A stretch of 64,000 bases of DNA, from the NCBI GenBank assembly GCA_965223865.1, contig OZ245020.1:1568001-1632000 (forward strand), written 5' to 3'. The position numbers and the translations under genes were made by a program. The notes beneath the pieces are model-generated. The model searched no databases. It worked only from the letters and a program-made list of their open reading frames with translations, and was not told where the DNA came from. Positions 8,736-17,773 of this stretch are shown here, piece by piece (position 1 is the first letter of the stretch; the number at the start of each line of letters is the position of its first letter). Source of the DNA: Nitrosarchaeum sp. (GTDB lineage Archaea; Thermoproteota; Nitrososphaeria; Nitrososphaerales; Nitrosopumilaceae).

Positions 8736-9488
8736 TTACATTCCCATCTGTTTAATGTCAGAGTTCCATGCCTTCATGCCGCCTTCTAGAACTTGAAAGT
8801 CAATATTTTCTTGGGCAAGTGCATATGTAGCAATTGTTGCCCTATTTCCTGAACCACAGATAACTATTACTGGTTTGTCAGTAGGAATTTCATCTGCACC
8901 ATTAGGCTCAAATATTTGTGACAAAGGTATGTTTACTGCGCCATCTATCTTGGATTGAAGTAATTCATCAGGTTCCCTTACATCTAGCAGATAAATATCC
9001 TCATTTGCAGTAATTTTCTGCATCAGTTCTTCAGAATCAATTACAGCTTGAGAACTAGATACAAGATTTTCAGACAAATGATTCATGCCTCCATTGAGAT
9101 AGAACGTCTTGATTCCCATCTGAGTCATGGTTTGCGCTGCCTGCTTTGCTTTTGTACCATCCTCATCAACTAAAACAAGATTGTATTGTGATGCAACATC
9201 AGGCAGCCTATTTTGGATTGTAGCCACTCGTTTTTCTAGTGTTGCTGAATCCACATAGTTATCATGAGATGCACCATTCAGATGTCCTGCTTGGTATTGT
9301 TCTGCAGTTCTAATATCGACAACCAAGACAGGTTCATTGTTTTGAAGCTGTGCAAAAACTGTTGTTTGGTCAATTGCATATTTGTCAACAGCATATTGAG
9401 AACTGTACTGTTCTATAGATAATAATACTCCAATTACTGCCACTCCGATGACAATTGATGCAATAATTCCTATTTTTTTAATTTGCAT
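8736..9488 (-). CDS. membrane-anchored tandem rhodanese sulfurtransferase
   Basis: VDIR..EQY..GHLNGA and LDVREP.E...IDGA; catalytic loop ICGSGNRA in domain 2. Confidence 0.92.
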   Translation of the reverse strand: MQIKKIGIIASIVIGVAVIGVLLSIEQYSSQYAVDKYAIDQTTVFAQLQNNEPVLVVDIRTAEQYQAGHLNGASHDNYVDSATLEKRVATIQNRLPDVASQYNLVLVDEDGTKAKQAAQTMTQMGIKTFYLNGGMNHLSENLVSSSQAVIDSEELMQKITANEDIYLLDVREPDELLQSKIDGAVNIPLSQIFEPNGADEIPTDKPVIVICGSGNRATIATYALAQENIDFQVLEGGMKAWNSDIKQMGM

Positions 9489-9599
9489 AGATTAACAGAG
9501 ATGCTGACTGCTATTATACCAAAACACATTTTTCAGAAATAGTTTTCAGGTGTGGAAATCGTATTTCTGTAATATATTCATTTGAAATGTAAGTGAGCC

Positions 9600-9986
9600 A
9601 TGAGCTTTTCTCACACTGTAAAAACCCAAAAAAGTATTGATGAGGCAATTGCAAGTCTCACTGAAAATCTTAAAGATATTGGTTTTGGAGTTTTAGAAAT
9701 TTTGGATTTTAAGAAAATTCTATCAGAGAAAGGATTAGAATTTTCTGATAATTACAGGCTAATGGAAGTGTGTAATCCCAATCTCGCAAAACAAGTTTTA
9801 GAATCTAATCCTGATCTTGGACTATTATTGCCATGTACCATTGCGGTATATCAAAAAGAAAATGAAAATTATATTAGTTTAGCGAGGCCTACATCTTTGT
9901 TAGCAATGGCATCAGAACAAAATTTTCAGTTTACAGGAGAAGAGATTGAAAGTAATCTCATCAAAATTATAGATAGTGCAAAATAG
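9600..9986 (+). CDS. DUF302 family protein
   Basis: GFGVL..D....EVCNP..A......GLLLPC signature. Confidence 0.9.
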   Translation: MSFSHTVKTQKSIDEAIASLTENLKDIGFGVLEILDFKKILSEKGLEFSDNYRLMEVCNPNLAKQVLESNPDLGLLLPCTIAVYQKENENYISLARPTSLLAMASEQNFQFTGEEIESNLIKIIDSAK

Positions 9987-10002
9987 AAAAAGGATAGATG
10001 GT

Positions 10003-10518
10003 ATGTCTTTTTTTAAAACTGTTGAAAAGAGACGCTCAATCAGATCATTTTCTAATAAACCTGTAGAAAAATCAAAAATTCAGAAAATACTCAATACCTC
10101 AATGGCTAGCCCTTCTGCAAAAGGACTGCAAAGTTACAGAGTATATGTAGTCGAAGATGACAAGAAAAAGAAAAAACTGGTACCTGCATGTCATGATCAA
10201 GAATATGTTGATACCTCATTACTTTTGATATTTTGCACCGAATCCACAAAAATTAGAAAGGAAATGGGAGTAAGAGGAGAAAGATTACTGTCAGTCCAAG
10301 ATGCTACAATTGCTGCAAGTTATGCACAGCTAGCTGCAACTTCACTAGGATTGTCCAGTGTCTGGATTGGAAATTTTAATGAAAAACAGGTTGCCAAAAT
10401 CATTAGAACCAAACTACGTCCTGTAGTTGTTCTTCCAATTGGCTATGAAAAAAAATCCAACAAGAAACATTTTCCTCCTGAAAAGAAAAAGATTCAAGAC
10501 ATGATAAAAATGGTGTAA
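10003..10518 (+). CDS. nitroreductase family protein
   Basis: KRRSIRSF, SPSAKGLQ, A.SLGLSSVWIG. Confidence 0.92.
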   Translation: MSFFKTVEKRRSIRSFSNKPVEKSKIQKILNTSMASPSAKGLQSYRVYVVEDDKKKKKLVPACHDQEYVDTSLLLIFCTESTKIRKEMGVRGERLLSVQDATIAASYAQLAATSLGLSSVWIGNFNEKQVAKIIRTKLRPVVVLPIGYEKKSNKKHFPPEKKKIQDMIKMV

Positions 10519-10526
10519 AACAAATA

Positions 10527-10889
10527 ATGAAAGGCACCTATGCATTGATTCTAAATGTTAGAAAAGAATTTTCTTCTGATGTCGGTAGTCTAAAAAACAT
10601 GAAATTCAAGAAAGGAAATTACATCTATGTAGGATCTGCTTTAAATTCTCTGGAGAAAAGAGTACAAAGGCACATCAGAAAAGAGAAAAAGATTCATTGG
10701 CACATAGACCGTTTAACCACATCTCAGCATTCATCAATTAAAAAAATACTATATCTAAAAACAGAGTCAAGACTAGAATGCAAACTAAGCCAGAATGTTG
10801 CAAAGTTACCAAATGTTATGCCAGTGCAGAAATTTGGTTCGACCGACTGTAGATCAGGATGTAAGTCTCATCTGTATTATGTCAATTGA
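10527..10889 (+). CDS. GIY-YIG (DUF123/Uri-like) nuclease family protein
   Basis: GTYAL...YIYVGSA...RVQRH...HWHID...FGSTDC...CKSHL. Confidence 0.88.
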   Translation: MKGTYALILNVRKEFSSDVGSLKNMKFKKGNYIYVGSALNSLEKRVQRHIRKEKKIHWHIDRLTTSQHSSIKKILYLKTESRLECKLSQNVAKLPNVMPVQKFGSTDCRSGCKSHLYYVN

Positions 10890-10988
10890 ATCTGATTGCA
10901 TGTTCAGAGATAGTGGTTATAATAGTGTGTTTGGTCTGAATCAAAAAGAATAACCAAATCAAATCATACTTTTTTTCTTGACAGGGAA

Positions 10989-11147
10989 CTATCTGCTCTT
11001 CAAACCATCTCTTAAGACAGAATTTACCACGTGAGAAAAACTGACGTTTCTTTTTGTTTTTCTTATCATGTTGGCCTGTCTCTCTCTTAGCGCATCTTCA
11101 ATTTCTCTGTCAATCATAACCGAGATTCTACTTGTTTCTGGTTTCAT
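10989..11147 (-). CDS. 52-aa ribbon-helix-helix protein
   Basis: Own translation MKPETSRISVMIDREIEDALRERQANMIRKTKRNVSFSHVVNSVLRDGLKSR. Confidence 0.72.
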   Translation of the reverse strand: MKPETSRISVMIDREIEDALRERQANMIRKTKRNVSFSHVVNSVLRDGLKSR

Positions 11148-11176
11148 GCTAAATTCACCAAAAAAGAAAAGAGAGG

Positions 11177-11713
11177 CTAGTAGTCTAGCACTACATCAGC
11201 TTCGGCCAGAACTCTCTGAAGTTTTGGCATGTACGGATGTGGATCAATCTCTACTCCGCGGAGAAGATTATCGACATCAAAGCTTCCAATACAGTGCTCA
11301 CATGCAATCACTCGTCCACCATCGTTGATGAATGCCTTTAGAGCCTCATACTGTACAGTCAATGCAGTTGGTCTGTCATCGTCTGCAATTCGAACTCCGT
11401 CAACATCCAATAGTACTACAACATGTTTCCCGGCATCCTGAAATGCCTTGGCATGTTGAATTCCCATCATGGCCGAATGTCTTTCATGCTGACTATCAGG
11501 ATCTCCACTGGTTATGTGAACAACATATAACCTGTCCATACCTGTGCTTAATCCTGCATGTAGTCTTTCTATCTCAAGGCCTTCTTGAGGCGCACCCTCT
11601 GGATAGACATAAGCATCTGCATCAAAACCTCCACTTTGAACAGAAATTGCCGCAACGATCAAAAGAGTTGCAAGGGCAGATCCCGTAATGGAATATTTCA
11701 GAATTGATTTCAT
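11177..11713 (-). CDS. exported DsrE/DsrF-family protein
   Basis: VVVLLDVDGV, GGRVIACEHC; signal peptide. Confidence 0.85.
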   Translation of the reverse strand: MKSILKYSITGSALATLLIVAAISVQSGGFDADAYVYPEGAPQEGLEIERLHAGLSTGMDRLYVVHITSGDPDSQHERHSAMMGIQHAKAFQDAGKHVVVLLDVDGVRIADDDRPTALTVQYEALKAFINDGGRVIACEHCIGSFDVDNLLRGVEIDPHPYMPKLQRVLAEADVVLDY

Positions 11714-11774
11714 TGATTGTATAATGGAACAATATTAAAAAACAAAATTGGGAGGTTCATCGAATGTACCAATA

Positions 11775-12272
11775 TTACAATGCCAAAAAAATATCCTCAG
11801 AATGTTCTTTTTTATTATTGAGTAGTTTTGAAAACTCTTTTCTAAATGTGTATTTTAGCAATCCCATATTTTTTATCTCATAGTATGTTTTTTTGTCATT
11901 TGTTATTTTTTCTATTATGTCATTTTTTATTAATTCCGAAATATTCCACGATGTTGTCGCAGGACTCTTGCCAATTTTGGATACAATCTCCCTGAAAGTG
12001 GGAGTTCCTTTCACTATTATTGTAAAGAGGATTTTCTTTTTCGTAGGTTTTCTCAAGTTTCTTATAATATCAAATTCTTCTTCATCTATATCTAGAGAAA
12101 AATATCGGTGATACCTTGTGTATTTTTTTGATTTTATCTTTCCTTCTTTTTCTAATTTTCGCAGGTAATGCTCAGTTACACCCTTTTCTAGTCCAGTTTC
12201 ATTAATTATACCACAGAAATGAATCCCAGGATTATCCTTGATGGTCTCCAGTATGAGATCTGATCTTTTCAA
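11775..12272 (-). CDS. tandem winged-helix transcription regulator
   Basis: I.DNPGIHF..I......G...HYL.KLE and second HTH FREI....KSPATTSWNISEL. Confidence 0.88.
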   Translation of the reverse strand: MKRSDLILETIKDNPGIHFCGIINETGLEKGVTEHYLRKLEKEGKIKSKKYTRYHRYFSLDIDEEEFDIIRNLRKPTKKKILFTIIVKGTPTFREIVSKIGKSPATTSWNISELIKNDIIEKITNDKKTYYEIKNMGLLKYTFRKEFSKLLNNKKEHSEDIFLAL

Positions 12273-12300
12273 CCTAGGTTTTGTTGATGTTTATCAATAT

Positions 12301-12429
12301 CTAAGATTTTTGATGTATCTTGTATCTGGTTCCATCTTCATGGATGCATTCATCTCCGATGTGATGATGATTTTCATGTCCTTTGTGTTTGTGATGTTCT
12401 TGGTCTTCACAGTTGCAGGTTTTTTCCAA
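12301..12429 (-). CDS. 42-aa His/Cys-rich peptide
   Basis: TTG start, MEKTCNCEDQEHHKHKGHENHHHIGDECIHEDGTRYKIHQKS; paralog at 26073; operator 2 and TATA upstream. Confidence 0.75.
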   Translation of the reverse strand: MEKTCNCEDQEHHKHKGHENHHHIGDECIHEDGTRYKIHQKS

Positions 12430-12535
12430 TGTTTGATGGCATCAAACTTGCTATTAATAATAAAAATATGATTTCCAATATTGAAATCAAAAATATTAAA
12501 AATTGATTTGATTCCAACCAACTACATTCAAAAAA

Positions 12536-13249
12536 CTAGCCATAGATAGTATCTCTAATCTGTTCTGTCTCTTTTTGTGTTTTTTTGATTCTTTTTTCAG
12601 CCTTGGCAGACTCATTTTTTATTATTTTAAGATTGCACGGTAGTTTTGGTATGAACATTCCCATTGTAAGGCATAATTTTGCTCCAGATTCAAAATCTGG
12701 ACTATTCTTTGTTTTAGGAAAAAATAGCAAAACTATGACCCCTTGATTAGAAAATCTTCCTTGGTTTAACAACATACCTGGAATTCCGGGTATTGTAAGA
12801 TCCAAGGACATCTCAATTCCAAGAGATTTTATCTCGTTTCTTGCATTCTCAGTACTGCCAATTGCAGCTATGTCTTTAGTGAGTTTTGGATTCATTACCA
12901 TTCCTACAGTGCTGATTATCTTCTTGCAATGATGTTTTTTTGCATATTCTAACATTACCTTTGCAATTGCTCGTGAAAATGATTCGGGTAAAGACAGATG
13001 TGACAAAAATACTGCAACTTTGAGTTTTTCATTTACAAAGATGTTTACTGGATAATATGGAATACCACCTCTTACTAGACTTATTGGAGGAAAATCTACT
13101 GAGTTTAAAAAACCTGCAAGTTTAAAATCGGATGTACTTGTCATTGATTCTGCAGCAATACTGCCTGCAAGACCCACATTTGGAAAACCATCTATTACGT
13201 AGCCCCCTTCCAGATCACAATCCAGAAGTTCTGTTATTTCGATGATCAT
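12536..13249 (-). CDS. PAC2 family (proteasome assembly chaperone-like) protein
   Basis: IDGFPNVGLAGSIAA, GIPGMLL, PDFESGA. Confidence 0.88.
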   Translation of the reverse strand: MIIEITELLDCDLEGGYVIDGFPNVGLAGSIAAESMTSTSDFKLAGFLNSVDFPPISLVRGGIPYYPVNIFVNEKLKVAVFLSHLSLPESFSRAIAKVMLEYAKKHHCKKIISTVGMVMNPKLTKDIAAIGSTENARNEIKSLGIEMSLDLTIPGIPGMLLNQGRFSNQGVIVLLFFPKTKNSPDFESGAKLCLTMGMFIPKLPCNLKIIKNESAKAEKRIKKTQKETEQIRDTIYG

Positions 13250-13526
13250 GAGATCAGTTATGCATTATAATCTAAAAGAAAGCAAGAACAATATCAAAGG
13301 TGAAAATGAACAAGACAAGATACATGAAAAATTATCTCAAATTTATTATTTGCATGCATGTATTTTCTGTAACAAATTATAGATAACCCACAATATTGTT
13401 TTGGGATGATTGCAAAACTGAAATGACTTGTGACACAATTAAGGTTGGTTTTCAGTCACAATTATAATTGCAATTCAACACATTGCAAACGGACCTATTA
13501 TATCAAATTCTGCCAATATCTACTGT

Positions 13527-13696
13527 ATGACCATAATCTGTAAGGGATATGCATTGAATCAAAGGGAATTCCTATGAGTAACAGTAAAAGATATCAAAAT
13601 GGGTAAAGACGATGTACATTTTGTAGTATATTCTTAGTAGCAGGTATTAGATGCCCTTGTTGTAAAGCAATATTGCGAACAAAACCACGCACTTGA
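13527..13696 (+). pseudogene. degraded copy of the 5444-5617 Cys-rich gene
   Basis: Collinear with 5444-5617 but with a 1-nt deletion after codon ~7 and a CAA>TAA change. Confidence 0.82.
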
Positions 13697-13788
13697 AATT
13701 TAATTTCAATTAACCAAGCACGCTACCGGATTATGTTTTATAATTATAAAATTAATTTGAAGAAAAATTAAAATCAGATGTTGAACAT

Positions 13789-14118
13789 TTATTGGTTGAA
13801 AATTAATTCTACTTCCATCTGACCTTTTTTGAATTGGCTTTGAATTCCTTTTATTTTACTCTTGTACAAGAAAAATTTCTTTCCATCCTCATTTATCATG
13901 CCAGACGTTTGGAGCAGTTTATTGTCATGAAGTGTTTGTATTCGTCTATATACAGTGCTGATTGGAATGTGAGTTTCTGTAGCTATTTCCATTGCTGATT
14001 TTGGCACATTCAAAATTGTTTTTATGATGGAGCGACAATATTTGTCTGAAACAACTGAGAGTATTGCATCTTTTGTAATGTCTTCTTCTATTTTGAATGC
14101 AGATTGTAACTCTTGCAT
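13789..14118 (-). CDS. ArsR-like winged-helix regulator
   Basis: VSDKYCRSII...PKSAMEIA....IPISTVYRRIQTL; start MQELQ fits promoter spacing. Confidence 0.88.
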   Translation of the reverse strand: MQELQSAFKIEEDITKDAILSVVSDKYCRSIIKTILNVPKSAMEIATETHIPISTVYRRIQTLHDNKLLQTSGMINEDGKKFFLYKSKIKGIQSQFKKGQMEVELIFNQ

Positions 14119-14311
14119 GATTATACTTAACAGGCTATGATAAATTATGGATACATATTTTCTGAATTTGGTTTTCAACAATGGAAATCGTAGTGGGAAA
14201 TTGTCTATTTCTTTTGATGCCGTCCATAGATTTGAGGATCCAGATGTATTTATTGAGAATTGAATATGAAAATGAGTTTAATTTTTGAGAATATTTTATA
14301 CTTTTTTTCTA

Positions 14312-14893
14312 TTAATCATTAGCATATCCTCTAAGTTGATCATACAATGAAATCTGTTCTAAGCTTAAAACATCTGCTGTCTTAAGGTGAGCCTGAAGAT
14401 GGATATTTCTTAGTTGCCACTTTATCTCGCTGCTATTTTTTAGAAGTTCACTTAACTCCTCAGAAGTTATAGATTTGTCCACAAACTTTCCATCAATTTC
14501 TCTTTCAATTTCAATAAATTGCTGGCCAAGTGGCACTGCTTGTTGAGACATTTCCTGATAGAATAATTCAATTTGTTCTTTCTGTTCAGGGGTCAAATTA
14601 AGTTCTTCAGACAAATCTAAAACGTGTCTTGGTCCTGGATAGCTATTCAATTCAGCTGGTAAAGCCATTCCTACTCCATGACCTTTTGGAATTCCTGTCA
14701 ATTCTCTAGCAGTCAATGACTTTATTTCTCTTGTTTGCTCTCCTGCCCAAGGAGAATGAGTCATTGGTGTACTAGACATTTCTTCCTGATGGCCTTTTGG
14801 GTCTTCAGTTTCAAACATGATATATCCTACACCGATTCCAACAAGAAATACTCCAACTACGATTGGAATCCATAAAACCTGATTAAACGACAT
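14312..14893 (-). CDS. Spy/CpxP/ZraP-like helical protein, membrane anchored
   Basis: AELNSYPGPRHVLDL, LTPEQ and LSLEQ...YDQLRGY (LTxxQ motifs). Confidence 0.82.
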   Translation of the reverse strand: MSFNQVLWIPIVVGVFLVGIGVGYIMFETEDPKGHQEEMSSTPMTHSPWAGEQTREIKSLTARELTGIPKGHGVGMALPAELNSYPGPRHVLDLSEELNLTPEQKEQIELFYQEMSQQAVPLGQQFIEIEREIDGKFVDKSITSEELSELLKNSSEIKWQLRNIHLQAHLKTADVLSLEQISLYDQLRGYAND

Positions 14894-14914
14894 TTTATTC
14901 CCGATGTTTCAGAT

Positions 14915-15382
14915 TCAAGAATGCGAATACCCACGTAAAATGTCGTATTGCCTGATTTGTTCAGGATCTAGGATTTTTTTTGTAGCTAAATGACATCGTA
15001 AATGTGTAAAACGAAGTTTTCCCCATAATTCTCCTGATTTTTTCAGATACTCTTGCAATTGTTGCTCAGTCATCTCTTCTTTTGCAAATCCATCATCAAT
15101 CATTTTTTCCGTTTTGATAAACTCTTCACCTAATTCTTTTGCATCTTTTTCCATCTCATCGTAGATTTCTTGAGTCTGTTTTCTTTGCTCATTTGTTATG
15201 CCAAGTTGTTCACCTAGTTCTAAGACATGAATAGGTCCAGGATGGTGGTTTAACTCAGCAAGAATTGCCATTCCACCAAAAATTCCACCTCTTCCTCTTC
15301 GAATGATTTGAATATCTTTTTCAGAAAGGGATTTGATTTCTCTAGTTTCAAGACCAGAATATTTTGATTTTGTTTCACTCAT
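14915..15382 (-). CDS. Spy/CpxP/ZraP-like paralog without signal peptide
   Basis: AELNHHPGPIHVLEL, ITNEQ, LDPEQ...YDILRGY. Confidence 0.82.
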   Translation of the reverse strand: MSETKSKYSGLETREIKSLSEKDIQIIRRGRGGIFGGMAILAELNHHPGPIHVLELGEQLGITNEQRKQTQEIYDEMEKDAKELGEEFIKTEKMIDDGFAKEEMTEQQLQEYLKKSGELWGKLRFTHLRCHLATKKILDPEQIRQYDILRGYSHS

Positions 15383-15446
15383 GATATACTATTGTTACAA
15401 TTATGAAATTAAAACATCAGTACAATTTCCAAAGTTGGTTTTTGTT

Positions 15447-16325
15447 TCATAACAATAATGCAGCTTTACTTAGAAGGAAAATACCTGATGAAAATATTAT
15501 TAGAGAAAATACAAGTATGAGTTTTCTTGTGCTTATTTTATCAACTAATTTCACACCTAAAATTGAACCTGGAATAGAACCAATCAGTAACAGAAGAAGC
15601 GATGTGAATGAAATAGTATCCATCGAGTAGTGTAAAGTAGTTCCGACAAATGCCGCTACGATTCCAAATAATGCCATGGTTCCAGCAGCAATTTTAGGAG
15701 AATGTAATGTCTTTACCAAAACGGGAAGCATCATAGAAACTGCACCTAGTCCAGAAATTTGATAAATCAGGCTAATCGGGCTGCCTGAGAAAAGCCATGT
15801 AATGATGTTTTTCTTTGATGTGATTTCAGATTTTTGTGATGAATGATTTTCTTTAGTAATAAAATCAAGATGTTCAAAATCCTTTTTCAAAACATGAAAT
15901 TTTATCAGGTACAGAGTCAATCCCATGAAGATCATTCCCAGAAGTAGAAAGATCATATTGTCTAACACTTGAGAACCTTGAGTTGTTTCAACATACTCCC
16001 AGATAATTTTTCCTAAAAACATTGATGGAGGGACTGGAATTATCATTACTGCCAATGCTTTCCAATTTACATTGTGGTTTTTTGCATGAATCGTTGCAGC
16101 TGAAATTCTAGTAAATGCAAGAAATGCAATACTTGTTCCAACAACAGCCTGTGCAGGCATTCCAAGAATAATGAGAACTGGAAAAAGCATAGGAGCCCCA
16201 ATTCCAGATATTCCAATTGCAATGCCAATGCTAAAACCCACTATTATCAGGATAATTGCAATGATTGGCTCTGAAATTGCAGATACAAATTCTCCATTAA
16301 AAAAAAGCGTAAAATTTTCAATCAT
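15447..16325 (-). CDS. sulfite exporter TauE/SafE family protein
   Basis: GISGIG....P, AVVGTS, AAGT, GSIPGSILG; multi-TM. Confidence 0.88.
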   Translation of the reverse strand: MIENFTLFFNGEFVSAISEPIIAIILIIVGFSIGIAIGISGIGAPMLFPVLIILGMPAQAVVGTSIAFLAFTRISAATIHAKNHNVNWKALAVMIIPVPPSMFLGKIIWEYVETTQGSQVLDNMIFLLLGMIFMGLTLYLIKFHVLKKDFEHLDFITKENHSSQKSEITSKKNIITWLFSGSPISLIYQISGLGAVSMMLPVLVKTLHSPKIAAGTMALFGIVAAFVGTTLHYSMDTISFTSLLLLLIGSIPGSILGVKLVDKISTRKLILVFSLIIFSSGIFLLSKAALLL

Positions 16326-17773
16326 CTAAAAATCGCAGGGACAAGAGTAGTCATAAGTATCGTCAAAACTACCACCATTATCAGAGTAAGAGGTAACCCC
16401 ACTTTGGCTAGTTGTTTTGTAGTTACATACCCACTCCCTAAAACAACTATGTTTGGAGGAGTACCCACAGGCAGAATAAATCCATAGCTAGTTGCAATGG
16501 CAACTGGAATCATGAATAGTAGTGGGTCCATATTTAATGATGTAGACAATGCAGCAGCTACAGGAATCAAAAGTGCCGCAGTTGCAGTATTGACTACAAA
16601 TTGAGTCGTAATCATAGCAACTACCACCAACACCAGAACTATGACAAAGGGTGGGAAATTTTCAAGAAATTCCAATTGGGTTGCCATCCATTGGTCAACA
16701 CCTGTAGATGTAAATCCAGCTGCTAAAGCAAGACCGCCACCTATCAGTAACAAAACGCCCCATGGAATTTTGATTCCTTCATCCTTTGATAAGATCCTTC
16801 CATTTTCTTTTGAGGGTAAAACAAAAAATGACATTGCAGCAATTATTGCAATTACCGCATCATCTATCATTGGAAGGTACGGCTTCCACAAAATATGAGT
16901 AATCCAAGCAGTTGCAGTAGCTCCAAATACTGCTAGGACTAATTTTTGATCACGTGTAATACTACCTAACTCTTTTAATTTTTTTACAATGACTTCTTTT
17001 TCATCAATAATGTTTGTTGATTTTAGTTTAAAACCAACATTAGTCAAATACCATCCCGCAATAATTAATGAAATTATTGTAACAGGAATTCCAATCATCA
17101 TCCATGATGAAAAATTAATGTCAATCTCAAACATTTTGTCAGCTACAGAAGAACAGATGATGTTTGGTGGAGTTCCAACCAATGTTGCAATTCCTCCTAT
17201 ACTTGCAGCAAATGCAATCGAAATCATCAGGGAACTTCCAAATTTTCCTCGTTCCTCTGGTTGTTTTACCTGGCTAATCACGGCCAAGGCAATCGGCAAT
17301 ATCATCAAAGTTGTTGCAGTATTACAAATCCATGCACTAATTGATGCAGTAACTACCATGAATGCAAAAATAATTAGTTTGGGACTGCCATTGGGAATAA
17401 TCTTTAAAGTTGTCAGAGCAAATCGTTCATGAAGATTGGTTTTCTGAATTGCTTTAGCTAAAATAAAACCTCCCAAAAGCAGGAAAACTAACCGATGAGC
17501 ATAATTTGTGGCAGTATCTGAAAGAGGAGTTACCTGCATTACTGGAAAAAGCACTATGGGCAAAAGTGCTGCAACATAAAGTGGAACTGCCTCTGTGACC
17601 CACCAGGTTGCCATCCAAATGGCAGTTCCCAGGACAATTTGACCTTCAAAAGAAAGTCCCTCTATTGGCAAAAAAATGGTAATTAGGAATAATATGGGTC
17701 CTAAAATCAAACCAATTCTGCTGATCTGATTTCCTGTTTTACCAAGAATTTCAATCGGCCTTTTTTTAAGCAA
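16322..17773 (-). CDS. SLC13/DASS anion:sodium symporter
   Basis: WWVTEAVP, CNTAT, VGTPPN, NTATA, PVGTPPN. Confidence 0.94.
   Translation of the reverse strand: MLKKRPIEILGKTGNQISRIGLILGPILFLITIFLPIEGLSFEGQIVLGTAIWMATWWVTEAVPLYVAALLPIVLFPVMQVTPLSDTATNYAHRLVFLLLGGFILAKAIQKTNLHERFALTTLKIIPNGSPKLIIFAFMVVTASISAWICNTATTLMILPIALAVISQVKQPEERGKFGSSLMISIAFAASIGGIATLVGTPPNIICSSVADKMFEIDINFSSWMMIGIPVTIISLIIAGWYLTNVGFKLKSTNIIDEKEVIVKKLKELGSITRDQKLVLAVFGATATAWITHILWKPYLPMIDDAVIAIIAAMSFFVLPSKENGRILSKDEGIKIPWGVLLLIGGGLALAAGFTSTGVDQWMATQLEFLENFPPFVIVLVLVVVAMITTQFVVNTATAALLIPVAAALSTSLNMDPLLFMIPVAIATSYGFILPVGTPPNIVVLGSGYVTTKQLAKVGLPLTLIMVVVLTILMTTLVPAIFR

Noticed and set aside
12294-12521. 75-aa ORF-track call
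   Set aside because: Overlaps a better-supported His/Cys peptide in another frame and runs through its promoter.
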